A stretch of DNA of 64,000 bases, taken from Oceanispirochaeta sp. (GTDB taxonomy: Bacteria; Spirochaetota; Spirochaetia; DSM-2461). The notes below the pieces were generated by a model. The model ran no database searches. It was given only the letters and a program-made list of their open reading frames with translations, and had not been told where the DNA came from. The stretch covers positions 800,001 through 864,000 of the forward strand of contig CAXXXD010000002.1 of NCBI GenBank assembly GCA_963663385.2, read 5' to 3'. The translations under genes were made by a program, and so were the position numbers. How positions within the stretch are numbered: the first letter of the stretch is position 1; each line of letters begins with the position of its first letter. Positions 1 through 8,896 of this stretch are shown in pieces.

Positions 1-444
1 CTGTTTCCCGACAGGGCTGCCGTCGAGGCTCTTGTCCGGGAAAAAGGGCCGAACTCCTTCTATTACAGCCTGGAAAACCGGAAAGAGTGCTGCCGTATAC
101 GGAAAATTGACCCCCTCAAACGGGAGCTGTCCACCCTGGATGCCTGGATCTGCGGGCTCCGGAAGGAGCAGTCGGTTACCCGGACGGCGGTTCGGAAGGT
201 GGAGTGGGATGAGGCGTTCGGTCTGATTAAATTGAACCCGCTGGCAGACTGGTCGGAGCAGCAGTGCAGGGATTATGCAAAGGACAATCATGTTCCCGTG
301 CACTCTCTTCATAAAAAAGGGTTTCCCTCTATCGGCTGCGCCCCCTGTACCAGAGCTGTTAAGCCGGGAGAGGATATACGGGCCGGCCGCTGGTGGTGGG
401 AGAATCCCGAAAGCAGGGAGTGCGGGCTGCATAGGAAATCTTGA
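1..444 (+). CDS. cysH: APS/PAPS reductase, 5'-truncated by window edge
   Basis: Frame 1 is open from base 1: ...ECCRIRKIDPL...WICGLRKEQS...GFPSIGCAPCT...RAGRWWWE...ECGLH. The CC...CxxC pair indicates the 4Fe-4S (APS-reductase) type. Confidence 0.92.
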   Translation: MFPDRAAVEALVREKGPNSFYYSLENRKECCRIRKIDPLKRELSTLDAWICGLRKEQSVTRTAVRKVEWDEAFGLIKLNPLADWSEQQCRDYAKDNHVPVHSLHKKGFPSIGCAPCTRAVKPGEDIRAGRWWWENPESRECGLHRKS

Positions 445-486
445 GGTATCCGAAGTCCCATGCTAATATTCTCTCCGGAGAATACT

Positions 487-1659
487 ATGAAAATAAAGTC
501 GCCGTTATTTTATATAAAACTGTTTTTACTAATCTTTTCATTCTTCCTTTTTTCATGTGAAGAGGCCGGTAACACAGCTCCCGATGAAGAACTGGAGGAG
601 ATCGTTGAGGAGGAATCAGCCTCCATCTTTTTTAGAAATCCACCGGCCAACGGATCGGCCCTGCCTTCGGAGTTTTCCTTGAATGCGGCCTATTCCATTC
701 CGGATTCCCTTTTTCAGGAAGGGCACAGTTATTCTATTAAGGCCTGTTTTGAAACGGCAGACGGTTGCTATGAGGCGGCAGATTTCCCTCTGACAGAACA
801 GTCTAAGACATCCTTCTCCATCAGTTTTGCCCTTACCAGTGAGGGGCTTCCTACCGATGCGGTTGTTCCTTTCAATCTGTCCCTTGCCCTGTACGATACA
901 ACGGTCGATCCGGCTGTAAAGCTCTGTTCCTCCTCTTCCATTCAGTATAATGGAGTGGCATACGGGAACTGGTATGAAATAGGCTCAAAAATTGTAATTA
1001 CCAATACGCAGATGTGGATCTACCATTACAAGGGGTCCGGCCGGGGGTATGTAGCTGATATGAGGGGCTCCATGGTAAGGTTGGGGCACAACAAATATCA
1101 GACCAATGTGGAACAGGAATTTGATTCTGATACGGGAGAGTGGGTGGATATTCCCGAAGAATATCTTTCCCGGTACGTTTCTGTTGACTACCTAAATGTA
1201 CAGAAAGACGGGCGTCTGCATATCTGTAACGAAGCGGGGGATATTACCCATAATATGCTCCCCTCTGAAAGTGGCTACACCTATGACGCGGATTATTCCG
1301 GTAAGTGGTGGACTGATGATCTGAAGATAGACCCGGCGGATAATGGATCGGTTCTGTGGTTTTCTGATAATTATTTTCAGCTACAGCAGGATGATCAGCA
1401 GAAAGGAGAAGATGCTTCTTTTCCTGTATATGAGATCGGAACAGTCTCAGATAATGCCGGAACCCTGACCCTGAATGTCACTCATGTGGGCAGCGGAGAG
1501 GGCTTTGAGGAAATCGATTCGGGAAAAGAATATACCTTTACCTATGTTTATGATCCTGATGCTGTACCTGATGAGACTCTCGTTCTGACGGGCGGTCCGT
1601 TTATTGACGGCGGTGCCACTGTTTTGAACTTTGACTTATCCAGTAAATATGAAAAATAG
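487..1659 (+). CDS. Uncharacterised acidic lipoprotein
   Basis: GGAG RBS before ATG 487; basic N-terminus, hydrophobic stretch and lipobox FLFS-C; long ORF followed by a terminator. Confidence 0.75.
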   Translation: MKIKSPLFYIKLFLLIFSFFLFSCEEAGNTAPDEELEEIVEEESASIFFRNPPANGSALPSEFSLNAAYSIPDSLFQEGHSYSIKACFETADGCYEAADFPLTEQSKTSFSISFALTSEGLPTDAVVPFNLSLALYDTTVDPAVKLCSSSSIQYNGVAYGNWYEIGSKIVITNTQMWIYHYKGSGRGYVADMRGSMVRLGHNKYQTNVEQEFDSDTGEWVDIPEEYLSRYVSVDYLNVQKDGRLHICNEAGDITHNMLPSESGYTYDADYSGKWWTDDLKIDPADNGSVLWFSDNYFQLQQDDQQKGEDASFPVYEIGTVSDNAGTLTLNVTHVGSGEGFEEIDSGKEYTFTYVYDPDAVPDETLVLTGGPFIDGGATVLNFDLSSKYEK

Positions 1660-1688
1660 AAAGCTCTTTTCAAGGAGGCTCAGTTTAT

Positions 1689-1714
1689 AAAACCGCTGAA
1701 TAGCGGTTTTTTTA
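1689..1714 (+). terminator. Rho-independent terminator
   Basis: AAAACCGCT-GAAT-AGCGGTTTT followed by a T run. Confidence 0.85.
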
Positions 1715-1849
1715 TGCCCGAATCCCTAGTATATTCACACTATTTTGAGAAAATCCCCTTTTCATATAAGAAAAAACCTTATAAGGTATAGAGTGTTAAA
1801 ATGACAAAATCACTTAAAGTGTCAAAATAAGACCAGTCAGGAGAGGGGA

Positions 1850-4800
1850 ATGGAACTTAAAACAATCAGAGAATATTTCAAGTATATGGTCACCGCCCGG
1901 GAATTGGATCTTCTGGAACAGAGTTATACGGGAAGGGGCGAAGCTTTCTTTCATGTTTCCGGTGCCGGTCATGAAGGTTCCTGTATTTTAAATAGTGTAT
2001 TGGAGGAGCAGGATTATCTCCATGTCCATTACAGGGATAAAGCCCTGATGATGGCCCGGGGTATGGATCCCGAAATGTTTTTTCTGTCCCTTTTTAATAA
2101 AGAAGGATCTCATTCCAAAGGACGGCAGATGGTCGCCCATATGAGCGACCCCGACCATAATATCCTCAGTATGGCCGGTCCTGTGGGAAACAGTAACCTC
2201 CATGCTGCAGGTGTGGCAGAAGCTGTAAAAGGGCAGAAAGGAAATCCCGTTGTTCTCAGTTCTCTGGGAGATGGAATGTCTCAGGAAGGGGATGTGCTCG
2301 AAGCCATAGCCCATGCGGCCCGGAAAGAACTTCCGGTTCTTTTTCTGGTTCAGGACAACGGTTTTGCTATTTCTACCAAAACAAAAGGGAATACCTTTTT
2401 TTCCCGGCCGGAAGGAGAGGCAGATTCGTTCTACGGCATACCCATTACCAGAATGGATGGCCGCTACCCCCAGAACCTTTACAGGCCCATGAAAGAGGTC
2501 GTGGACGGTATCCGGCAAACGGGGAAACCCGCCATCATTGTCATGTCCGTGGAACGCCTTCACAGTCATACCAATGCGGATGACCATAGAGTCTACCGGA
2601 CCGATGAAGAGATCAAAGCCCTTCATGAATCAAGTGATCCGGTGGATCAGCTGCACAGCTGGCTTCTGGATCAGGGTGTTTCGGAAGATGAACTGGCTGC
2701 AGAACGGCAAGAGATTATCGCCGATCTGAAAGAGAAGGCCCATAAAGCCCAGATTTCTCCCGAACCCGAGCCTGTCTATACAGCCAAAAAAGAGATCCCT
2801 GCTCATCTCACCGACCGGAAGCAGGAGTACCGCGGTACCCCCGGCAAGGAAGAACTGACCATGCTGGAAGCGATTAAGGAGACCCTCCGTTTTCACCTGG
2901 ACCGTAATCCCGCAGTAGAACTGTTCGGGGAGGACCTGGAAGATCCCAAGGGGGATGTATTCGGACTGACCAAAACCCTTTCGACCCAGTTCCCCGGACG
3001 GGTTGAAAACAGTCCTCTGGCGGAAGCCTCCATTGTCGGTCTGTCTATCGGGCGGGCTCTGGCGGGTAAACACCCTGTTGCTTTCCTCCAGTTTGCCGAC
3101 TTTCTGCCTATTGCCTTCAATCAGCTGTGGGCCGATGCAGGGAGCATGTACTGGCGAACCGAAGGCGGATGGGAGTGCCCCATGATCATTATGGTCTCCT
3201 GTGGTGCCTACAAGCCCGGAATCGGTCCCTTCCATGCCTCCAGTATGGAAGCCGTTGCCGCGCATATTCCCGGTATCGATGTGGTTATGCCCTCTACAGC
3301 AGGAGATGCTGCCGGTCTGCTCAACGCGGCCTTTGAATCGGGAAGACCAACCGTATATTTCTATCCTAAAGTTTGCCTCAACGATGTTCAGGCAAAAACA
3401 AGTTCTGATGTTTCCCGCCAGCTTGTTCCCCTGGGAATTGCCAGAAAAGTCAGCGAAGGCGAACACGTCACCTTTGTTTCATACGGCAATACAATAAGGC
3501 TGTGTCAGAAAGCGGCGGAAGCTCTGGGTAAACACAATATTACAAGTGATCTTATTGACCTTCGTTCCATCTCCCCCTGGGATCAGGAGATGGTTCTGGA
3601 ATCAGCCGAAAAAACAGGCCGGGTGATTATCGTTCATGAAGAGAATAAAACAGCCTCGATCTCTTCGGAAGTGGCTGCCTTTCTGGCGGAAAAATCCTCC
3701 CGAAAACTGAATATTAAACGAATTACCCGGGAAGATACCTATGTTCCCTGTAATTTTGATTGTCAGCTGGAAGTCCTTCCTTCCTACAAAGGAATTCTGG
3801 AAGCGGCTGCAGAGATGTTCGGCGGATCTGTCTGCTGGAAGAAGGAAGAGCTGGCTCAGGCCGGTTCTTTTACGGTCGAGATAATCGGTACCAGTCCGGC
3901 AGATGAAACGGCTACCGTTATTGAATGGAAGGTTGAAGCCGGTGATACCATTGAAGAGGGTGATCTGCTGGCTGAGATCGAAGCGGACAAGGCGGCAGCC
4001 GAGATGAAGTCCCCCGTTTCCGGTGTTGTCGAAGAGCTGATCCTGGAGGAGGGAGAGGCTGTCGCCATCGGCGCCCCCGCTCTCAAGGTAAAAACCAGCG
4101 AAACTGCCGCGGTCTCTCTCAAGCCTAAAACCAAAGAGGAGCCCGGGGAACCCGTTATCACCGGGATGACAGTTGTTTCAGAGACAAAAGATTCCGTTCC
4201 GGCAGCAGCCTCCGGAGACCGCCGCCCCTTCCTGCTGGATATTGCAGGTGTGCAGGGCAGCCGGGAAGTCCTGAATGATGAGATTATGGAATCCTGTTCC
4301 GGATGGAGTGAGGGCGAAATCCTGAAAATGACGGGAATCGAGAAGCGGAACTGGATTGGTGAAGGGGAGGATGTGGTCTCCCTGGCCAGTAAAGCCGCCA
4401 AAACTGTTCTTGAGAGAAACAGCCTTACCCTGGATGATCTCAGTCTGATTCTTGTTTCAAGCGGAACCCCCGGTACCATGACACCTTCCCTGGCAACACG
4501 GGTGCAATACAACTTAATGCCCGACGGCAAGAGGCAGCCGGCCTGTGCCGCTTTTGATATCAATGCCGCCTGTTCCGGTTACCTGTACGGTCTGCAGTCC
4601 TCCTGGGACTTTCTGAACAGCCGGCCCGACGGGCTTATTCTGCTTATTACGGCTGAGGTTCTGTCCCCCCTGGTGGATCCTTCCGATAAATCCACATCTG
4701 CTGTGTTTGGCGACGGCGCAACCGCCTCTCTGATCGCCGGAGTGGACCACGCTCTGAAGAACAGGGGGCGGGCCAGGATTTTCCGGCCCGTTACCGCAGC

Positions 4801-5191
4801 ATCGGGTGAACCCGGGGATATCCTGACGGTTCCCGCCAATCCGGCCGAGACTATCTATATGCATGGTCCCAAAGTGTATCTGGAAGCTGTTGCCAGCATG
4901 ATCTCTGTTCTGGATGATGCCTGTAAACAGGAGGAGAAGGGACTGGATGAACTGTCCCTGATTGTCCCGCATCAGGCTAATCAGAGGATTATCAATGCGG
5001 TACGTCAGAGACTGAAGATCGAAGAAGATCAGATATACAGCGAGATCCGCTACAGGGGAAATACTTCCTCCTGTACAATCCCGTTCTGTCTGGAATCCCT
5101 GATACAGGACGGGCGTTCCGGCCAGACCCTCGGGATGACAGCTTTCGGCGGCGGTTTCACCTCCGCCGGGGGACTGCTGGAAATCCTTTAA
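1850..5191 (+). CDS. Fusion protein: 2-oxoacid dehydrogenase E1alpha + E1beta + lipoyl domain + 3-oxoacyl-ACP synthase III (FabH-like)
   Basis: TPP motif GDG...QDN; E1beta GED...SPLAE...QFADF; lipoyl motif EADKA (K714); KASIII triad AACSG (C908), PHQAN (H1041), GNTS (N1071), C-terminal FGGGF. Confidence 0.93.
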   Translation: MELKTIREYFKYMVTARELDLLEQSYTGRGEAFFHVSGAGHEGSCILNSVLEEQDYLHVHYRDKALMMARGMDPEMFFLSLFNKEGSHSKGRQMVAHMSDPDHNILSMAGPVGNSNLHAAGVAEAVKGQKGNPVVLSSLGDGMSQEGDVLEAIAHAARKELPVLFLVQDNGFAISTKTKGNTFFSRPEGEADSFYGIPITRMDGRYPQNLYRPMKEVVDGIRQTGKPAIIVMSVERLHSHTNADDHRVYRTDEEIKALHESSDPVDQLHSWLLDQGVSEDELAAERQEIIADLKEKAHKAQISPEPEPVYTAKKEIPAHLTDRKQEYRGTPGKEELTMLEAIKETLRFHLDRNPAVELFGEDLEDPKGDVFGLTKTLSTQFPGRVENSPLAEASIVGLSIGRALAGKHPVAFLQFADFLPIAFNQLWADAGSMYWRTEGGWECPMIIMVSCGAYKPGIGPFHASSMEAVAAHIPGIDVVMPSTAGDAAGLLNAAFESGRPTVYFYPKVCLNDVQAKTSSDVSRQLVPLGIARKVSEGEHVTFVSYGNTIRLCQKAAEALGKHNITSDLIDLRSISPWDQEMVLESAEKTGRVIIVHEENKTASISSEVAAFLAEKSSRKLNIKRITREDTYVPCNFDCQLEVLPSYKGILEAAAEMFGGSVCWKKEELAQAGSFTVEIIGTSPADETATVIEWKVEAGDTIEEGDLLAEIEADKAAAEMKSPVSGVVEELILEEGEAVAIGAPALKVKTSETAAVSLKPKTKEEPGEPVITGMTVVSETKDSVPAAASGDRRPFLLDIAGVQGSREVLNDEIMESCSGWSEGEILKMTGIEKRNWIGEGEDVVSLASKAAKTVLERNSLTLDDLSLILVSSGTPGTMTPSLATRVQYNLMPDGKRQPACAAFDINAACSGYLYGLQSSWDFLNSRPDGLILLITAEVLSPLVDPSDKSTSAVFGDGATASLIAGVDHALKNRGRARIFRPVTAASGEPGDILTVPANPAETIYMHGPKVYLEAVASMISVLDDACKQEEKGLDELSLIVPHQANQRIINAVRQRLKIEEDQIYSEIRYRGNTSSCTIPFCLESLIQDGRSGQTLGMTAFGGGFTSAGGLLEIL

Positions 5192-5211
5192 TAACGAACT
5201 CCCTCTCCCGG

Positions 5212-5446
5212 CCCCTCTCAATCTCCCCAAAGGGGAGACATCAGTTTGATTTCCCTCCCTTGGAGGGATTAAGGGAGGCTGGAGAGGGCGGATGCATCCC
5301 CGAGCAGTAAACGTAGTTTACGACCAGGGGAATCAAAGGGTGAGGGTTTACCGGACCCCTCTCAGTCTCCCCAGGGGGGAGAAGTCAATTCGGTTTCCCC
5401 TCCTTTGGAGGGGATCAAGGGGAGGCCGGGAATCAAAGGGTGAGGG
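5212..5446. repeat. Two imperfect ~70-bp palindromic REP-like units plus a duplicated 19-mer
   Basis: Units at 5212-5282 and 5356-5429 (CCCCTCTCA-TCTCCCC..GGGGAGA...TTTCCC..TTGGAGGG..T.AAGGG..GG); GGGAATCAAAGGGTGAGGG at 5328-5346 and 5428-5446. Confidence 0.8.
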
Positions 5447-5511
5447 GGAGGTTCCGGAAGATACAATTGATGGGTTGTACTTGCTCCGGATACCCGAGCG
5501 GAGTCGAGAGG

Positions 5512-6579
5512 CTAGTCCTTCACCCGTCCCAGACCAAGCATTTTCAGCATCCATCTGGGAAGGGCCTTCTCCGGATCCCTTTTCTGCAGGTTCAGATACC
5601 AGTTCCACTTTTTCAAAATGGGGATCTTGTGGGTCTCCACAAATTCGATCAGGGTACCGTCCGGATCTTCTATATAGGTAAAACGTCCGGCCGCCTCTCC
5701 CATATCAAAAGAGTTCCTGCTGTCCACTGTAAAAGGGTAGCCCATGGCATTCAGTTTTTCTCCCAGACCGTCCATATTATAAATATCAAAGCAGAGATGG
5801 ATAAAACCGGCGTCTCCCCAGTAGCGGCCTTCGAATACTTTCCCAGGAGCTCGGTCCAGGCTCTGTATCAGTTCTATGCTGCTGTAGCCGAACATCTCCG
5901 CAAAAGCCCCTTTCCTGGGTTCCGTGTGGGTCAGAAGAACTCTCCGGAATGTCCCGTCTCCACCGGGAAGGGCTGCAAGATCCTTAAAACAACCGGTCTG
6001 ATCGTAGGCAATAACCGGAAAACCCAGGGCTTCCCGATAGAGAGGCAGGACCTTGTCTATATCGCCGACCCCTACGCTGGCGCCGCAGGGACCGCCGGTC
6101 AAGCCGGGTTTTCCGTAAAAGTCGTCTCTTTGAGTCTGGACAATATCAAAAATGTTCCCGAAGGGATCCCGGACAAAGAAGTGCTCCATCCCTGCAGGAT
6201 CCTTCATAATGCCGCCCGGCAGGTCCAGTCCTTCATCACTGTAAAAGGCATAGGTCCTTTTTACATCGGGTGATTTGATTTTTCCTGTAAGAATGCCCAG
6301 GTCTCCGATCTTCAGAGGCTCCGCTGGAGAGGCTGTTTTCCGGCTGGTATACTGCCATATTTCAAAACCGCTCCCGCCAGTCAGGTTCAAAGCCAGAACC
6401 GCATCCCGCCCCTGCACCTTGTTACCCGTATACTGTGTCATCAAAGGGGCATCCGCTGCCTCCTGAAAGACAGGAATATCCATTCCAAAGTATTTTCTGT
6501 ACCACTCCCAGGCTTTGTCCCGGTCGGCTACTCCAATCCCAAGCTGCTGAATCCCGCTGATTATAATGCTCATATTCAT
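5512..6579 (-). CDS. Two-domain VOC (glyoxalase/bleomycin resistance) family protein
   Basis: QQLGIGV, FFVRDPFGNIFD, HLCF and YIEDPDGTLIEF motifs in duplicated VOC modules. Confidence 0.85.
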   Translation of the reverse strand: MNMSIIISGIQQLGIGVADRDKAWEWYRKYFGMDIPVFQEAADAPLMTQYTGNKVQGRDAVLALNLTGGSGFEIWQYTSRKTASPAEPLKIGDLGILTGKIKSPDVKRTYAFYSDEGLDLPGGIMKDPAGMEHFFVRDPFGNIFDIVQTQRDDFYGKPGLTGGPCGASVGVGDIDKVLPLYREALGFPVIAYDQTGCFKDLAALPGGDGTFRRVLLTHTEPRKGAFAEMFGYSSIELIQSLDRAPGKVFEGRYWGDAGFIHLCFDIYNMDGLGEKLNAMGYPFTVDSRNSFDMGEAAGRFTYIEDPDGTLIEFVETHKIPILKKWNWYLNLQKRDPEKALPRWMLKMLGLGRVKD

Positions 6580-6712
6580 CTTCCTTGTTCCGTGATTTGA
6601 TTTGGAGGGAAGTCCTCTGTCGTCTGTTCCGGGAGAGGCTCCATGAGAATCTGTAAATTATTGTATTCTTATTATGTCAGAAAATAAAGAAGATTCAATT
6701 AAGAGAAGCCAT

Positions 6713-7726
6713 CTAGTCAGGCTGGTAGTCCCGGCGGCTTTTAAGCATTCCCATATACTCACGGAATACCTTCTGGTAGCTGTCAAAACTGTCGGAATGG
6801 ACCATTTTATTACGGATTTCCGAAGAACCGGGCAGTCCTTTGGTGTAAGCGCACATCTGTTTCTTCATCTCGTTGACGGCTGTGGTTTCATTCTTGTAAC
6901 CGACAGCCAGTTTCAACTGCCTGAATGCTGTATTCATTTTTTCCGCAGGGGTGGGAGGAGGGAGGATTTCGCCTGTCTGCAGGTAGTGCTTTATTTCCCT
7001 GAATAGAAATGGGTTGCCAATAACCCCGCGGGCCAGCATTACACCGTCAATCCCCGTCTCTTCCAGAACCTGCTTTACTGCCTCGGGTGAAAACATATCC
7101 CCCGATCCCAGTACGGGAAGGTCTCCCATAGCGTCCTTCAGTTTTTTCAGGTGATTCCAGTCTGCAGTTCCCCCGTATCCCTGGCTCCTTGTGCGTGCAT
7201 GCATGCAAACCATGGCCGCACCGGCTCTGACAGCTTTTTCCGCTGCTTCAAGGAAGTTCAGAGTATTGGCGTCCCAGCCTGTGCGGATTTTAACAGTTAC
7301 CGGTATATCCGTATTATCCTTCATGGCTCTTACAATAGCCGCCAGGTTGTCCGTATCCCGCATCAGGGCTGAACCGGCACCGGATTTGATGATTTTGGGA
7401 ACGGGACATCCGCAGTTCAAGTCTATAACAAGGGGTTTATACGGGTTCACTTTTCTTACCGCTGCGCCGGCTGTCTCCGGACTGCCGGCAAAAACCTGAA
7501 CAGCATAGTACTCCTCAGAGTCGGCTTTTTCCAGCAGACCTTCCGTCTTCTCGCTGTTCCTGACCAGGGCCTCGCAGGATACCATTTCCGTATAGGTCAG
7601 ATCGGCGCCCATTTCAAAACAAACGGACCGGAAAGCCCGGTCCGTATAGCCGGCCAGAGGCGCCATGAATATATTCCCGGGCACACTGACGGATTCAATT
7701 TTTATCGGGTGATGCAGAGAACTCAT
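6713..7726 (-). CDS. dusB: tRNA-dihydrouridine synthase
   Basis: APLAGYTD, DLNCGCP, VTVKIRTGW, HART, GSGD motifs. Confidence 0.92.
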   Translation of the reverse strand: MSSLHHPIKIESVSVPGNIFMAPLAGYTDRAFRSVCFEMGADLTYTEMVSCEALVRNSEKTEGLLEKADSEEYYAVQVFAGSPETAGAAVRKVNPYKPLVIDLNCGCPVPKIIKSGAGSALMRDTDNLAAIVRAMKDNTDIPVTVKIRTGWDANTLNFLEAAEKAVRAGAAMVCMHARTRSQGYGGTADWNHLKKLKDAMGDLPVLGSGDMFSPEAVKQVLEETGIDGVMLARGVIGNPFLFREIKHYLQTGEILPPPTPAEKMNTAFRQLKLAVGYKNETTAVNEMKKQMCAYTKGLPGSSEIRNKMVHSDSFDSYQKVFREYMGMLKSRRDYQPD

Positions 7727-8499
7727 TCTATACCGAACAGATTCCTTGCGTTATCGTAAAGCGCCTGATAAACCTCTTCCTCCGGTTCTTCCCTCAGGTA
7801 GGCAATGAAGTCGGCTGTAGAGGGCAGGTACATGGGTTTGTTCCGTTTTCCCCTATAGGCGGCAGGAACCATAAACGGGCTCTCGCTTTCTATGACAATC
7901 CTGTCCAGAGGGAGGTAGCGAACCGTATCGTGCAGATTTCTGGCATTCCTGTATGTTACGTTTCCCGCAAAAGAGAAATACATATTTTCATGCTGGCTCA
8001 GGATCTTCCTGGCATACTCCCAATCCTCTGAGTAGCAGTGGAGCACACCGCCCTTCGAAGGCATCCTGGTACTCAGAATTTCCTGAATATCCTTTCCCGC
8101 GTTTCTGTTATGTATGATTACGGGTTTATCGTTCTGATCTGCAATTTCCAGCTGCGCGATAAAGAGTTCCACCTGGGAGCTCTTATCTCCGAATTTGCGA
8201 AAATAATCCAGGCCCGTTTCTCCGAGAGCTACAACTTTATTCATCTGAAGTCCCTCGGATATCTTCTGTTCCCAGTCCGGTCCGGGATTCTGTACTTCAG
8301 AAGGGGATACTCCTATGGCAAATACAACATTGGATGCTGAAGACAGGTTATTGTAAAGATCAAAGAAATCATACAGGTTGTTACATATACTCATTATATA
8401 TGAGACATTTTCCTGACGCGCTTCCTGAGTTATTATAAGTTGTTCAATAGGGTCTTCATGAATCAGACCTATATGGGCGTGAGTATCAAAATACTGCAT
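7723..8499 (-). CDS. tatD: TatD family nuclease
   Basis: DTHAH, GETGLDY, IIHNR, VLHCYS; ATGA overlap with dusB. Confidence 0.92.
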   Translation of the reverse strand: MQYFDTHAHIGLIHEDPIEQLIITQEARQENVSYIMSICNNLYDFFDLYNNLSSASNVVFAIGVSPSEVQNPGPDWEQKISEGLQMNKVVALGETGLDYFRKFGDKSSQVELFIAQLEIADQNDKPVIIHNRNAGKDIQEILSTRMPSKGGVLHCYSEDWEYARKILSQHENMYFSFAGNVTYRNARNLHDTVRYLPLDRIVIESESPFMVPAAYRGKRNKPMYLPSTADFIAYLREEPEEEVYQALYDNARNLFGIE

Positions 8500-8746
8500 G
8501 GGGTACCGCTTTTATCTGGGATTAGAAAGATTATAAAATCTTCTACATGTTTATCATAACAAACATGGCAAGTCAATAATATATAATGCAGGCTGGCTGC
8601 ATTAAACCCTTACACCTATTATTACGTCATTTCTCTGTCAAAACAAGAAAAAAGAGGAATTCTTTTGATATTTTTTTTATACATATTATAAAAACGGGAT
8701 TTCTATAATATTTCTAACAGAAAATCAGGGTTTCCTTATAATAGAA

Positions 8747-8775
8747 TTGAGAATTTTACTTATCAGGTGTATAAT
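8747..8775 (+). promoter_or_regulatory. Sigma70 promoter upstream of the M23 operon
   Basis: TTGAGA-17 bp-TATAAT. Confidence 0.65.
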
Positions 8776-8896
8776 CTGTATGTTTCTAAAGGATCTAAAC
8801 TGCCTTGACGGCCATTTCACGATTTTCATCTTGTCTTACTCTTTAGAAATAGTGTAGATTGTACGAAAATAAAATATCAGTGTCCAAGGAGTTTTT

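Noticed and set aside
5200..5452. Possible CRISPR array
   Set aside because: Only two long, degenerate units, no regular repeat-spacer period and no cas genes.
5292..5681. ORFs 5292-5681(+) and 5348-5608(-)
   Set aside because: Translations of the palindromic repeat, overlapping the VOC gene; no RBS or family motifs.
8500..8896. Replication origin in the AT-rich gap
   Set aside because: No DnaA-box cluster seen and no dnaA nearby; divergent promoters explain the region.
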